A stretch of 64,000 nt of DNA from Rhodospirillales bacterium (GCA_009694195.1 SHVQ01000009.1:10294-74293), one strand, 5' to 3'. Numbered from the stretch's first letter, positions 18,921 through 29,553 are shown. Made by a program: numbers and translations. Notes: generated by a model not told the origin, from the sequence alone.

Positions 18921-20062
18921 CTGCGCGGCTCCCCTGCTTTATGTTCCGCTACCGAAGCAATTGGCAGCATGACCCGGAATACTGTGCCTCCGGTGCTGCT
19001 CTCGAACTCGACGACTCCTCCGTGGTCGCCGATCACCTTGGCAACAAGTGCAAGACCGAGCCCGCTGCCATTCGGCTTCGACGTCACGAAAGGATCGAAC
19101 AGGTAGGGCTTGATGTCTTCGGGAATGCCGGGGCCGCTGTCCCTTACGGTGACAACGAGGGGTAAATGAACACGCGTTGACCCGCCTGAGATCGCCAATT
19201 TGGGGCCGTGCTGATAGGCGGTCCTCAGAACAACCTCGCCACCCTCCGGAGGCAGCGCCTCGCAGGCATTTTTGACTAGATTAAGGAACGCCTGAATGAG
19301 CTGGTCGCGGTCGCCGAGCACGGGTGGTAGCGATGGATCGTATTGAGTTTCCAGTTGGGCATGGCGACCGAACCCTGCCCCGGCAATCCGGTGCACACGA
19401 TCGAGCACTTCGTGAATATTGACCGGCTTACGCTCAATGGATGTCAGGCCGACGAACATGGTCATGCGATCGACGAGGGCGCATATCCGGTCGGCTTCAT
19501 CGCGAATGAGCGCAGTAAGGGGAAGATCGGCCGGTGCGGCACCTTGTTCAAGGAGCTGGGCGGCCCCACGAATGCCAGACAGCGGGTTTTTCACCTCATG
19601 CGCGAAAAGTGCGCCCATTCCCGAAAGTGATCGTGCCGCGCCGCGATGCGCCAGCTGACGGTCCATCATCTCTGCGATTGAGCGTTCCTGGAGCGCGACG
19701 ACCACGAGACCTGGAGCGTCCGCCATCGGAGCCGCCTGAACATTGACCGTCCTTCGTCCGAAGCGGGCGGAATCCAGTGCAAGCCCGTAGTCGCTCACTG
19801 CAGACCCGCTTGTTCGCACTTGCTCGATCAACGAGAACAGCGGGCTATCGTCGGGCAGCAGATGGCGAAGCGACTTGCCCGCCAACTGGCTCCCACTCGA
19901 TTGAAAGAATCGCTCCGCTGCATCGTTCACGCGAAGAATGTTTGCATCTGCATCCACGACGGTGATCGGAAGTGGCAAGGCGTTGAGGACGGAAAACCCA
20001 TCGATCACCGTGTCCGCCAATGGCAGCGCGCTTGCAGCAGGAGCGGTCGAATCCCCTCTCAT
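18917..20062 (-). CDS. ntrB: nitrogen regulation sensor kinase NtrB
   Basis: 381 aa. It has PAS, an H-box ([12 protein letters not shown]) and an HATPase domain (GSGLGLALV), with 4-nt overlaps to dusB and ntrC. Confidence 0.9.
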   Translation of the reverse strand: MRGDSTAPAASALPLADTVIDGFSVLNALPLPITVVDADANILRVNDAAERFFQSSGSQLAGKSLRHLLPDDSPLFSLIEQVRTSGSAVSDYGLALDSARFGRRTVNVQAAPMADAPGLVVVALQERSIAEMMDRQLAHRGAARSLSGMGALFAHEVKNPLSGIRGAAQLLEQGAAPADLPLTALIRDEADRICALVDRMTMFVGLTSIERKPVNIHEVLDRVHRIAGAGFGRHAQLETQYDPSLPPVLGDRDQLIQAFLNLVKNACEALPPEGGEVVLRTAYQHGPKLAISGGSTRVHLPLVVTVRDSGPGIPEDIKPYLFDPFVTSKPNGSGLGLALVAKVIGDHGGVVEFESSTGGTVFRVMLPIASVAEHKAGEPRS

Positions 20063-21048
20063 GCCGCCAACCGTTCGACGAGCGGGACGTAAAATGCCTC
20101 GATCAAGGACTTCACCAGCTCCGGCTCCGAGACCTTATTCACTGCTGCCCGGAACTCGGCCGAGCCGGGCAGCCCCTTCGAATACCAGCCAATATGTTTT
20201 CGTGCGATGCGCGTTCCGGCTTCGCGGCCGTAATGAAGAAGCATGGCTTCGTAGTGCCCGAGCAGAGTGGCGAGCTGCACGCTAAGCGGTGGGTCGGGAA
20301 GCCGCTCACCTGTTTTAAGGTATTGGCGGACCTGACTCGGAAACCAAGGACGGCCGTACGTTCCGCGGCCGATCATCACTCCGTCCGCGCCGGATTCGGC
20401 GAGTATACGCGCGGCATCTTCGACCGAGGTTACGTCACCATTTGCGAAAACCGGGATGCCCACCGCCTCCTTCACGCTGCGAATAAATCTCCAGTCGGAG
20501 CGGCCCTCGTAGAATTGGCAGCGCGTTCGGCCGTGGATGAATACTGCCTTGATCCCGACGCTTTCAGCCACGCGAGCGAGGCTTGGCGCATTGCGGTTCG
20601 CGTCGTCCCAGCCGGTCCGCATCTTTAGGGTGACCGGAACCTTAACCGCGTTTACGACTGCTTCGAGAATCTGCGCCGCGCGCCGTTCGTTGCGCATGAG
20701 GGCTGATCCGGCGTCGCCATTGACGACCTTTTTGACCGGGCAACCCATGTTGATGTCGATGATCGGTGCGCCCCGGTCTTCATTCAAGCGCGCCGCTTCT
20801 GCCATCACCTGCGGCTCACATCCTGCAAGCTGGACGGAAACTGGAAATTCCTCCGGTGTATGGCTCGCCATCCTCAGCGTCTTGCGGGCTTCCATCAGCA
20901 TGGCCTGGCTTGCGATCATCTCGGAAACGACCAAGTCCACGCCCCAGCGTTTCACCACGCGACGAAACGGGACGTCTGTCACGCCCGACATAGGCGCCAA
21001 CACCGTTGGGCCGGCGAGCGAGATGGGGCCGATTTGGATAGCCGCCAT
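20059..21048 (-). CDS. dusB: tRNA-dihydrouridine synthase B
   Basis: LAPMSGVTDVPFR, IDINMGCP and the FMN-binding TIM-barrel motifs are present. The ATG at 21048 is preferred over the track start at 21087. Confidence 0.9.
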   Translation of the reverse strand: MAAIQIGPISLAGPTVLAPMSGVTDVPFRRVVKRWGVDLVVSEMIASQAMLMEARKTLRMASHTPEEFPVSVQLAGCEPQVMAEAARLNEDRGAPIIDINMGCPVKKVVNGDAGSALMRNERRAAQILEAVVNAVKVPVTLKMRTGWDDANRNAPSLARVAESVGIKAVFIHGRTRCQFYEGRSDWRFIRSVKEAVGIPVFANGDVTSVEDAARILAESGADGVMIGRGTYGRPWFPSQVRQYLKTGERLPDPPLSVQLATLLGHYEAMLLHYGREAGTRIARKHIGWYSKGLPGSAEFRAAVNKVSEPELVKSLIEAFYVPLVERLAA

Positions 21049-21144
21049 GAGCTGCAAGCTTTCAAATGCCCATAAAATTGGCAACAAGCCCTAGCCGGTG
21101 CGATTCTGACTAGAGATTAGGCGTTTTATGCCCCAAATCGGGCG

Positions 21145-21939
21145 CTATGCCAAGATCACATCGGTGACAAATTTGACCCCTGGATACCCGAGCGTGAGCA
21201 GCAGATAACCCAGCAACACGAGCCTTGCTGCCTGACGACCGCGTACGCCCCAGCGGTAATGGAGCACGAGAAGCGCACCGTTCACCAGGAACGCAGCGAT
21301 CGTCAGGATCGTTTTATGGTCCAGCACCAGGAGTGTTCGGTGCTCACCCCAGCGCACCGCCATGCCCGAAGCGAGCCCGACCGCGAGAACGACTTGCCCC
21401 ATCACTAACAGGCGGACCACGAGCCGCTCACTATCGGCAACCGACGGAAGCCAACGCGAGAGGTTGCTCCCCCGCTTCGCTTTGAGAGACCGCTCGTGAA
21501 GAAATGCTGCAAGCGCGGCAATTGCCCCGACTGTTAGCAGCGCGTAGGTCGCGATCGAAACGGCTATGTGAAGGTGAATCCATGTTCCCCCGCCTGCGAG
21601 TGGGCGATCAGGGGCGTTTTGCCAAAGCATGGCTATCACTCCGAGGGCTCCGAGATAGCCGGCAATAAGCGGCAGGAGACGCCACCCCTCGCGCGTCACC
21701 ACAGAAACGACGGCGAACACAACCATGCTGGCGCTAACCGTTACCCACAGTGTCGTTGAGAGATCGGCCCGCCAAGCCCCGTCCATGCGCACAATCGACC
21801 ACGTCAACGGGCCCAAGACCGCCAAGGCCAGCGACGCCCAGAATACAGAATCACGCGCAATATTCCGCCGCATTCCAGTCGCACATGCCGGCAAGAGCGC
21901 GAGAATTGCCGACGCGCTAAAAAGAACGTCCTGAGTCAT
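21145..21939 (-). CDS. polytopic membrane protein, cytochrome c assembly (CcsA/YpjD-like) family
   Basis: 264 aa with about 8 hydrophobic segments. It has the WG/W-rich helix pattern typical of the CcsA-like family. Confidence 0.55.
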   Translation of the reverse strand: MTQDVLFSASAILALLPACATGMRRNIARDSVFWASLALAVLGPLTWSIVRMDGAWRADLSTTLWVTVSASMVVFAVVSVVTREGWRLLPLIAGYLGALGVIAMLWQNAPDRPLAGGGTWIHLHIAVSIATYALLTVGAIAALAAFLHERSLKAKRGSNLSRWLPSVADSERLVVRLLVMGQVVLAVGLASGMAVRWGEHRTLLVLDHKTILTIAAFLVNGALLVLHYRWGVRGRQAARLVLLGYLLLTLGYPGVKFVTDVILA

Positions 21940-22115
21940 GGCCGAGAATCCAAGTCTGCGATTTCAGCGTAACCATGGTCGGTTAAATCGCTGTCATAAC
22001 GATTAATTCACACACATGATCGTGTTTTGGCATGGCTCTTGGCAAGCCCTGCCCGGGCGCCTAAGGTCGCGCGCAATTTTGAGAATACGCGATCGGGGGG
22101 CGACGGAAAAAATCC

Positions 22116-23291
22116 ATGGTTACCTGCGTGGCACTCGTGATCGCGGCCGGGCGTGGTACACGCTTCGACGCCAGCCTGCCGAAGCAATACTGGCCGCTCG
22201 GCGGCGCCCCCCTTATCAGGCGATCCCTCCTCCCATTCCTCGCGCATCCAGGGGTCACCGCGGTCCGCCCGGTGATTCACCCAGACGACCGCGTGCTTTT
22301 CGACAAAGCAGCGCGGGGCCTTTCCGTCCTTGAACCCGTCAGCGGTGGCGCAACCCGCCAAGAGTCGGTTCGCCTCGGTCTTGAAAGTCTGGCGAATATG
22401 GATCCAGATTTGGTGTTGATCCATGACGCTGCGCGACCGTTTCTCTCCGCCGATGTGATTACCCGAGTCATCGAAGCGCTTGGTGCCGGGCCCGCCGTAG
22501 TGCCCGCTCTGCCGGTGAGCGACACGTTGAAACGCGCGGACGGCACTCTAGTGGCCGAAACCGTCGACCGCCGAGAATTGTGGCGTGCGCAGACGCCTCA
22601 AGGGTTTAGATTTCGGGCTATCCTAGAAGCGCACCGAAAACTCGCAGGCCAAGAGTTGACAGACGACGCGGCGGTTGCCGAGCGGTTGGGCCTTTCGGTC
22701 ACCCTCGTCGTAGGAAGCGAAGACAACGCGAAAATCACAACCACGGACGATCTCGCGCGGGCCGAGCGTCATGCAAGCATGAGCCGCATTACACGTACGG
22801 GCATCGGGTTCGACGTCCACCGGTTCGGCCCCGGCGATCATGTCATGCTGGGCGGTCTCCGGATCGCGCATGACTCAGGCCTGATCGGCCACTCGGATGC
22901 TGACGTGGCGCTGCACGCATTGACTGATGCGTTACTCGGTGCGCTCGGCGTTGGCGATATCGGCGAGCATTTTCCGCCGACCGATCCCCGCTGGCGGGGC
23001 GAGCCCTCCGAAACGTTCGCCCGCCATGCCGGACGCCTGCTAACGGAGGGCGGTGGTGAAATCTCGAATGTGGATATCGTGATCATCTGCGAGCGACCCA
23101 AGATCGCGCCCCATCGTGCTGCCATCGTGCGCCAGATCTCGGAAATCCTCAGCGTCGATGCAGGGTGCGTTTCCGTCAAGGCGACGACCACCGAAAAGCT
23201 CGGTTTTACGGGCCGCGGCGAGGGAATCGCGGCACAAGCAATTGCTACCGTTCTAATGCCGCCGCCGGCGCTGGGTACGCGTCGGGTCTGA
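22116..23291 (+). CDS. ispDF: bifunctional 2-C-methyl-D-erythritol 4-phosphate cytidylyltransferase / MEcPP synthase
   Basis: 391 aa. The N-terminal AAGRGTRF is IspD. The C-terminal GIGFDVHRF...GHSDADVALHAL is IspF. Confidence 0.93.
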   Translation: MVTCVALVIAAGRGTRFDASLPKQYWPLGGAPLIRRSLLPFLAHPGVTAVRPVIHPDDRVLFDKAARGLSVLEPVSGGATRQESVRLGLESLANMDPDLVLIHDAARPFLSADVITRVIEALGAGPAVVPALPVSDTLKRADGTLVAETVDRRELWRAQTPQGFRFRAILEAHRKLAGQELTDDAAVAERLGLSVTLVVGSEDNAKITTTDDLARAERHASMSRITRTGIGFDVHRFGPGDHVMLGGLRIAHDSGLIGHSDADVALHALTDALLGALGVGDIGEHFPPTDPRWRGEPSETFARHAGRLLTEGGGEISNVDIVIICERPKIAPHRAAIVRQISEILSVDAGCVSVKATTTEKLGFTGRGEGIAAQAIATVLMPPPALGTRRV

Positions 23292-23327
23292 GCACGGGGG
23301 CCTTGGAAAAACGCGAAGAACTTTAAC

Positions 23328-23645
23328 CTATTGCTTGGTTTCTTTCGCAATCCACTCGAAATAGTCGGGATTGCCATCGCTGATCGGCAGAGCCAGCACG
23401 CATGGGCAGGCATAGCTGTGGACGGTCTTCACGGCGGCGACAACGCGTTCTACGAGATCCGGACGGGTTTTCAAGAAAAGCAGAGCTTCGCTTCGCTCTT
23501 CGAGCTTTCCCTGCCACCAGTAAAAGGATGTGGCGGTCGGCAGGACGTTGGCCGACGCGGCTAATCGCGCCTCCACAAGACTGCGGGCGATCGCGATTGC
23601 TTCCTCGCGCGTTGGCACCGTCACGTATACAAGCACCGTGCTCAT
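23328..23645 (-). CDS. cutA: divalent-cation tolerance protein CutA
   Basis: 105 aa. LVYVTVPTREEAIAIARSLVEARLAASANV...SFYWWQGKLE...HSYACPCVLALPI is the CutA1 signature. Confidence 0.88.
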   Translation of the reverse strand: MSTVLVYVTVPTREEAIAIARSLVEARLAASANVLPTATSFYWWQGKLEERSEALLFLKTRPDLVERVVAAVKTVHSYACPCVLALPISDGNPDYFEWIAKETKQ

Positions 23646-23693
23646 TCAATCGCTCCCATTCGGAATCTCCGGAATGCTGTTCCCCTATCTGGA

Positions 23694-24035
23694 ATGTTGT
23701 ATTACTCTTCAATGGATCAACCATCTGATCGTCCTGGGGAGATGCAAGAAATGCAAACGCAGGCGAAAATCATCCAGCTACGGCCAAAACGCCGTCCACG
23801 CGCAGTTCGTGGCGCACCGACCGAAAGCCAGCTCCGGTGGCTGGCGCGGGGGCTCGATCAACCGGGCGGCAAGCTTCCGCTGTTCGATGAGCAGGGACAG
23901 CATGTGAGCGAACGCACGGTCCGGAGTTGCATTCAGAAGGGGTGGGCGGCGCCGTGGTTTCAAAACCCGCTCAAACCCACGTGGCTTGTCTGCAAGCTAA
24001 CGGATCTGGGTCGGCGACTGTTCTCGGGGCGGTAG
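23694..24035 (+). CDS. hypothetical protein
   Basis: 113-aa ORF with coding-like composition. No motif recognised and the start is uncertain. Confidence 0.4.
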   Translation: MLYYSSMDQPSDRPGEMQEMQTQAKIIQLRPKRRPRAVRGAPTESQLRWLARGLDQPGGKLPLFDEQGQHVSERTVRSCIQKGWAAPWFQNPLKPTWLVCKLTDLGRRLFSGR

Positions 24036-24065
24036 GCTACGCTCGCGAAGGGGTCTGCCGGCTCC

Positions 24066-24290
24066 TCACTCCCAGAACCACTTGGCGCACTCGCGGTCCT
24101 GCTGATTCCGGGTAAGCCCGACATCATCGAGTTGGCCGTCGTCGAGCCCGCAAAGGTGGCGGCGCGTTGCGCTTCGCCGGAGCCAATTCGCGAAGTTCGC
24201 GCGGATGTCGCGGAAGAGACACCCGCCGAAGTTCCAGCCCGTGACAGGATCGGGATAGGGATTGCTGTTTTGCATGCGGCCAAACTGCAC
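24066..24290 (-). CDS. DUF1127 domain protein
   Basis: The C-terminal LCGLDDGQLDDVGLTRNQ matches the DUF1127 motif (L.D..L.DIGL.R). Confidence 0.65.
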   Translation of the reverse strand: MQFGRMQNSNPYPDPVTGWNFGGCLFRDIRANFANWLRRSATRRHLCGLDDGQLDDVGLTRNQQDRECAKWFWE

Positions 24291-24382
24291 GCCTTTGAGC
24301 GGGGCATGCTACGATGGAGACCGAAGCATCCCGCAATGGCGAGGCCATAGAGTGGGGCTGCGATCTCCCAAGGAGTTGAGCC

Positions 24383-25081
24383 GTGGTCAGCAATGCACAA
24401 TTCGCAGAAGTGGCCGCGCTTGCCGGCGATCCGGCGCGGGCGAGCATGCTCAACGCATTGATGGACGGGCGTGCCTTGACAGCGTCCGAGTTGGCGAACA
24501 TCGCGGGCATCGCGCCCCAAACGGCGAGCACCCATCTCGGACGTCTGACCCGAGCGGAACTTCTTGCCGTCGAAAAGCAGGGGCGCCACCGTTACCATCG
24601 GCTCGCCTCCCCGGCCGTTGCCCTGATGATCGAAAGCATCATGCAGGTGGCATTGGGGACGAATGTTCCGGTGCGGAAGCTCGTCACGGGGCCGAAGGAT
24701 CCGGCGTTGCGCCAGGCGCGCATCTGTTATGACCACATTGCCGGCCGCCTCGGCGTCGCCCTTGCCGATGCCTTGATTGCCGCCGGCCACGTGGAGTTGG
24801 CGAGCGACGGCGGCCTTGTCACCGATACCGGAATTGCGTTCTTTCAGCGGCTCGGCGTCGACCTCGGGAAGCGGGGCGCGAAGGGCAAGAGGATTCTCTG
24901 CCGCCCCTGTCTCGACTGGAGCGAGCGCCGGCCGCACCTGGCGGGTGCCGTGGGCGCTGCACTCTGCGCCCATTCCTTTTCCGCCGGTTGGATCCGTCGC
25001 ATCAAGAGCACGCGGGCCGTGACCATCTCGCCCAAGGGACAGCGCGCGTTCCGGGAAAGTTTTGGCGTCAGGCTGGCCTGA
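24383..25081 (+). CDS. ArsR/SmtB-type winged-helix transcriptional regulator with C-terminal extension
   Basis: FAEVAALAGDPARASMLNALMDGRALTASELANIAGIAPQTASTHLGRLTRAELLAVEKQGRHRYHRL is a classical ArsR HTH. Confidence 0.8.
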   Translation: MVSNAQFAEVAALAGDPARASMLNALMDGRALTASELANIAGIAPQTASTHLGRLTRAELLAVEKQGRHRYHRLASPAVALMIESIMQVALGTNVPVRKLVTGPKDPALRQARICYDHIAGRLGVALADALIAAGHVELASDGGLVTDTGIAFFQRLGVDLGKRGAKGKRILCRPCLDWSERRPHLAGAVGAALCAHSFSAGWIRRIKSTRAVTISPKGQRAFRESFGVRLA

Positions 25082-25108
25082 CCCGGATCGCGCCTGGGAT
25101 CAGCCGGG

Positions 25109-25465
25109 TCAGCGCTTTTCGCCGACGCCTTCCACATCGACGTAGCCCATTTCGATCGCGTGCTGGAGTGCCGCAAACGCCGTCCGCGCCTCTTCGAACA
25201 TCTCGCGTCGCGCCCGCAGTTCGTCGATCTCCGCGCGGTTTGGGGTGTCGCCATGCTCGTTGACGCCGAGCTTGAAGGCGGCTTCCAGGTAGCGGGCCCG
25301 GAGCCGACCCACCGTGACCGCGAAGGACAGGATCGTTTCTCGATTCAGTTTCGGGATGCGCTTGTGGATGATCTCGCAGTTGGCGACCCGAATGGCTTGC
25401 TCGACCTCCTTAAGGTAGTGCTTCTGCGCGATCAGCCGTTGGTAATCGCTCTGAGATTCGTTCAT
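25109..25465 (-). CDS. hypothetical protein (helical)
   Basis: 118-aa ORF with good coding composition. No motif recognised. Confidence 0.45.
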   Translation of the reverse strand: MNESQSDYQRLIAQKHYLKEVEQAIRVANCEIIHKRIPKLNRETILSFAVTVGRLRARYLEAAFKLGVNEHGDTPNRAEIDELRARREMFEEARTAFAALQHAIEMGYVDVEGVGEKR

Positions 25466-25570
25466 GGGGACCCCCTTTTGAGCGCGACCGAATCATCCTC
25501 CGTTGGCGGGTGCTTTTCAATACGTCGATTTACCTGCGCAATTGACGTTTCTCCGACTTGCTCGTAAGGG

Positions 25571-25942
25571 ATGAATCTCAGATCCTGGGGGACCGGGCTT
25601 AAGCGGGGACCGTCTGTGACCGACCGGCCCGAAAAGCTGCTCATTTGCATCAACCGCCGCTTCGGGGGCGATAAGCCGTCTTGCGCCGCGCGCGGCAGCA
25701 TTTCCATTGCAGATGCGATCGAGGCAGGGACCAAGACACGTCGAATCGCTTTAGACGTGGAACGGATCGTTTGCCTCGGTCAGTGTTTGCATGAGCCCAG
25801 CATGCGCCTCGCGCCCGGCGGGCGGTTTTTTCTCGGCATCCAACCGAGCGACGTAGAAGCACTTCTCGCCAAATTCGAAGCCAGTTTCGGGCCCCGGGTC
25901 GAGGAAGACGATACGCCGCCGATCCATCTTCTAGGGTCCTGA
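25571..25942 (+). CDS. thioredoxin-like [2Fe-2S] ferredoxin domain protein
   Basis: LLICINRRFGGDKPSCAARG ... IVCLGQCLHEPSM shows the Cys spacing typical of (2Fe-2S) ferredoxin-domain proteins. Confidence 0.6.
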   Translation: MNLRSWGTGLKRGPSVTDRPEKLLICINRRFGGDKPSCAARGSISIADAIEAGTKTRRIALDVERIVCLGQCLHEPSMRLAPGGRFFLGIQPSDVEALLAKFEASFGPRVEEDDTPPIHLLGS

Positions 25943-26237
25943 GCTTCTCAGGGAAACCCCTACAGCCTTTTCATATCCCCTATCGTGAAGGGTCTTTTCG
26001 CACGCTCCTAACCGGGCCCGGGTGAGCGCTGAATTTACCTCAATTGAACGTCACAGTCCTTTAATATTACTCATAATTTAACTATTTTCTTAAGTGTCGC
26101 CAGCGATGCACTGACGGTTCTCACCCGCGGAGGACATAGGGGACACCCCTAAATGTATCCTTGACCAGACAATATTGGGATGGTGCAATTGATATTGACG
26201 TTTTTCGGCGACGGCGACCGGCTCTGGACAAGCGACA

Positions 26238-27017
26238 GTGGCTCAAACATTCTTTCACCCGTTTCCGAAGTACCTTCAAATCCGGGATATCCTTACGCGT
26301 CGTCTCGCCCATGAATTTCAACCCGGCGACAGAATCCCAACCGAGCATGCGCTTTCCGAACAGTTCGGCGTGAGCCGCGAGACCGTGCGCGAAGCGCTCG
26401 CCGGCCTCGAAAAGGAAGGCGTAATCCGCCGTCACCAAGGGCGTGGGACCTTTGTGGAGCGGCTGCCCGACGGCGTGTTCTCGGCGGAGCGAGTGACTGG
26501 CTTAGTCGAAGATTTCACAGAATTTAAGCTGGATACGTGGTCGGAGACGCTTCAAAGCGGACCCGCGACTGCTCCGACCGGCATCGTACGCGCCCTACGG
26601 CTGGCCAATGGTGAAACCCCTTATCGCATTTGTCGGCTTCGGAGCCTCGACGGCAAACCCCTCGCCCATCTGGATGCCTACTTTCCACCCGCCATCGGGA
26701 CCCGCCTTGCCGGCATCGACTTGCGGAAGACCACACTCATGGCCGAACTTCGCAACACGCTCGGCATCGATATCCAGGAGGAGCGGCAAGAGGTGGACGC
26801 GGTTACCGCGGACACCGAAATGGCAACGCTTCTCGGCGTCGCTCTCGGCGCTCCTCTCCTCTGCGTTCGCCGCTATTTCCGTGGTGCGGACGCTTTGCAC
26901 TCCGTCATCATCTTCGTCTCCCATTTCCGCGCCGACCGTTACTTCTACACCGTCAACCTGGGATCTTCCGACCGTCCTCAACGTAGTTCGAAGCCGCGCA
27001 AAGCCCAACAGGGGTAA
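26238..27017 (+). CDS. GntR family (HutC subfamily, UTRA domain) transcriptional regulator
   Basis: YLQIRDILTRRL...IPTEHALSEQFGVSRETVREALAGLEKEGVIRRHQGRGTFV is a GntR winged helix. The C-terminal half is UTRA-like. Confidence 0.85.
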   Translation: MAQTFFHPFPKYLQIRDILTRRLAHEFQPGDRIPTEHALSEQFGVSRETVREALAGLEKEGVIRRHQGRGTFVERLPDGVFSAERVTGLVEDFTEFKLDTWSETLQSGPATAPTGIVRALRLANGETPYRICRLRSLDGKPLAHLDAYFPPAIGTRLAGIDLRKTTLMAELRNTLGIDIQEERQEVDAVTADTEMATLLGVALGAPLLCVRRYFRGADALHSVIIFVSHFRADRYFYTVNLGSSDRPQRSSKPRKAQQG

Positions 27018-27249
27018 TGAGGTCAAAATGCGACTTCTCCAGCGTGTCAAAAAAACGGACACCCGCCGGATCGGCCGCCGCCCGCAACGCATTCTGCGGC
27101 AGATCGTCAAACGCCGGGAAAGCTTCTCCGGCCATCTCGTTCCCTTGTTCCGCCGCCCGGCGCATGGGCACGAGGAAGCGCGCCAACCCCTGCACTGACG
27201 GCGGCGTCCGGCCCGCCCAGGAAGACGACAGCGAGAGAGGGAGGAGATC

Positions 27250-28083
27250 ATGCGAAAGACGGCGTTTGCGGTGCTTGCCCTATTGGCCGCCGCGGTAACG
27301 AACGACGGAGCCCTTGCCCAGCAGCAGTCGGTTCTCGAACAGGTGAAGGCCGCGGGCGTGCTCAAGGCGGGGGTGCGCAAGGACGTGGCCGATTTCGGCT
27401 TCACCGACCCCAAGGGCGAGATCGTCGGCTTCGACGTAGATATCGCGCGCGGCATCGCCGAGAAGCTCGGCGTCAAGATCGAGCTCGTGCCCGTCACCTC
27501 GGCGACCCGGGTGCCCCTCCTACACCAGGGCCGTATCGACCTGATTGCCGCCACCATGACCCAATACCGCTCGCGCGAGGACGCGGTCGATTTTTCGGTC
27601 GGCTACTTCTTCAGCCCGCAGACCCTTCTCGTGAAAAAGACAAGTAATATCAAAACCTAGGCCGATATGAAGAACAAGAAGGCAGGGTCCGCCCTCGGCG
27701 CCGGCGCGGTCGAGAACATGAAGAAGGTCGAGCCGACGATCACCGTGAAGGCGTTCCAGAATTACCCGGAGGCCTTCATCGCCCTCGATCAGGGGCTGAT
27801 CGACGCCATCGGCACCGACATCACCATCCTCGCCTCGCTCCGGGCGAGCGCCAAGAACCCGAAGGATTATGTGCTGCTCAAGGAAGCGGTCTACGGCGGC
27901 GGCCACTACTGCATCGCCGTCCGCGAGAACGATTCCAAGTGGCGGGACGCCGTCAACCACGCCCTCCACGACATGTGGCGCGACGGCACGTGGGCCAAGG
28001 CCTACGACAAATGGATCGGCGCGGGCTCGCGCCTGAACCTCGGCAAGGACGAGATCGACTTCAAAATGTACATCTGGGATTGA
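27250..28083 (+). pseudogene. amino-acid ABC transporter substrate-binding protein (family 3) interrupted by an in-frame TAG at 27658-27660
   Basis: ORFs 27250-27660 and 27667-28083 are in the same frame. Joined, they give signal peptide + GFDVDIARGIAEKLGVK ... NIKT*ADMKNKKAGSALG ... TDITILA, a complete SBP_bac_3-like protein with one stop. Confidence 0.8.
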
Positions 28084-28110
28084 AGAGCACCGCAAACGAC
28101 GGAGAAAAGA

Positions 28111-29481
28111 ATGAACGCCAAGAAAGCGCGCGAAATCGTCAAACGCTGGATGTTTCCGACGGAGCGGTCCAGCTACATGGGCGGTCTTGAGGACCGGCCC
28201 ATTCTCGAATCCTCGCGCGGAAGCACGGTCACCGACCTCGACGGCAAGACCTATCTCGACTTCCAGTCGGGGCAAATGGGCGCCGCGCTCGGCCACCAGC
28301 ACCCCCGCATCGTCGCCTGCATCGAGAAGACGCTGAAGAAGCTCATGCACGCGACCAACACGATGCTGAACGTGCCCAGGCTCCAGCTCCACGAGCGGCT
28401 CGGCAAGATTCTTCCGAAGCCGCTGCAGAAATCGATCTTTCTCGTCAGCGGGTCCGACTCGATCGAGGGCGCGATCGACCTTGCGCGCAAGGCAACGGGC
28501 GGCCTCGACGTGATCGGAACCCATGCGAGCCTGCACGGGTCCACGTCCTACCTCACGCGCTCGCTCTCCTTCAACTGGAGCCGGAAGAAGCACACCATCG
28601 TCGCGCCCGCGACGTCGGCCATCTTCGCGCCCTACTGCTACCGCTGCCCGCTCAAGCTCACCTTTCCAAAGTGCGAGATTCAGTGCCTGAAGGCGGGCAT
28701 GGAGCTCGCCGACGCAAACTTCACGAGCAAGCCCGCGGCCTTCATCTCCGAACCGATCCTGAGCGCGGGCGGCGTCATCGTCCCGCCGCCCGGGTTTTTC
28801 ACCGCCGTCCGCAAGGCGTGCGACGAGCGCGGCATGCTGGTGATCCAGGACGAGGCGCAAACCGGACTCGGCAAGACCGGCAAGATGTTCGGCTTCCAGC
28901 ACGAGCCTGGGTTCGTTCCGGACATCATCGCGATTTCCAAGCACTTCGGCGGCGGCCTCCCGATCAGCGCGGTCGTCACCAGCGCCGCGATCGCCGTGCG
29001 GGCCGTGAAGAACGGCTACTTCGCGACGCGCAGCCACGCGACCGATCCGATCCTCTGCGCGACCGGCAAGGAAAGTATCGACATCGTCGTGGACGAGGAC
29101 CTGCCCGGCCGCGCCGCCCGCATCGAGCGCCGGGTGAAGGGCGCCTTCCAGCAGATGGCGAAGGAGTTCGAGCTGATCGGCGACATCCGTGGCCGCGGCG
29201 TGCTCCTCGGCATCGAGCTCGTCACCGACCGCGAAAAGAAGACCCCGGCCAACGAGGAGAACCGCAGGATATTCATGCACGCCATGGAGAAGGGGCTGAT
29301 CTATCAGACCCGGGGCGCGGGTAACCTCACGAACGTCATCCGGCTCGTGCCGCCGATGACGACCAGCGACGCCGAGATCGACCGGGCGCTTTCGATCCTC
29401 TACGACGGCATCCGCGCCGTCAACAAGGGGCGTACACGCGCAAAGTCGACTGCCGTCGGATACGCCAAGGCTGCGGAGTAG
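28111..29481 (+). CDS. class III (omega) aminotransferase
   Basis: 456 aa. SGSDSIEGAI, VIQDEAQTGLGKTGKMF and the PLP-lysine context DIIAISKHFGGGLPISAV are present. Confidence 0.88.
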   Translation: MNAKKAREIVKRWMFPTERSSYMGGLEDRPILESSRGSTVTDLDGKTYLDFQSGQMGAALGHQHPRIVACIEKTLKKLMHATNTMLNVPRLQLHERLGKILPKPLQKSIFLVSGSDSIEGAIDLARKATGGLDVIGTHASLHGSTSYLTRSLSFNWSRKKHTIVAPATSAIFAPYCYRCPLKLTFPKCEIQCLKAGMELADANFTSKPAAFISEPILSAGGVIVPPPGFFTAVRKACDERGMLVIQDEAQTGLGKTGKMFGFQHEPGFVPDIIAISKHFGGGLPISAVVTSAAIAVRAVKNGYFATRSHATDPILCATGKESIDIVVDEDLPGRAARIERRVKGAFQQMAKEFELIGDIRGRGVLLGIELVTDREKKTPANEENRRIFMHAMEKGLIYQTRGAGNLTNVIRLVPPMTTSDAEIDRALSILYDGIRAVNKGRTRAKSTAVGYAKAAE

Positions 29482-29519
29482 CACCGCGGCTACCGAATTC
29501 GTGACCCTTGGGGGCTATC

Positions 29520-29553
29520 GGGAGCGGGCATCAAGCCCGCCCCTTTCTTTTTT
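29520..29553 (+). terminator. intrinsic terminator after the aminotransferase gene
   Basis: GGG(A)GCGGGC-atcaa-GCCCGCCCC stem-loop followed by TTTCTTTTTT. Confidence 0.65.

Noticed and set aside
22026-22043. Sigma-54-like TGGCATG-N4-TTGGCA upstream of ispDF, near the ntr genes.
   Set aside because: The spacing is one base off the GG-N10-GC rule. ispDF is not expected to be sigma-54 dependent, and no enhancer-like sites were seen. It is probably fortuitous.
26953-27195. 80-aa minus-strand ORF between gntR and the SBP gene, with a partly protein-like sequence (AFDDLPQNALRAAADPAGVRFFDTLEKSHFDLI).
   Set aside because: It overlaps the 3' end of the GntR gene. It has no RBS or recognisable family. 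At best it is a relic, and there is not enough evidence to call it.
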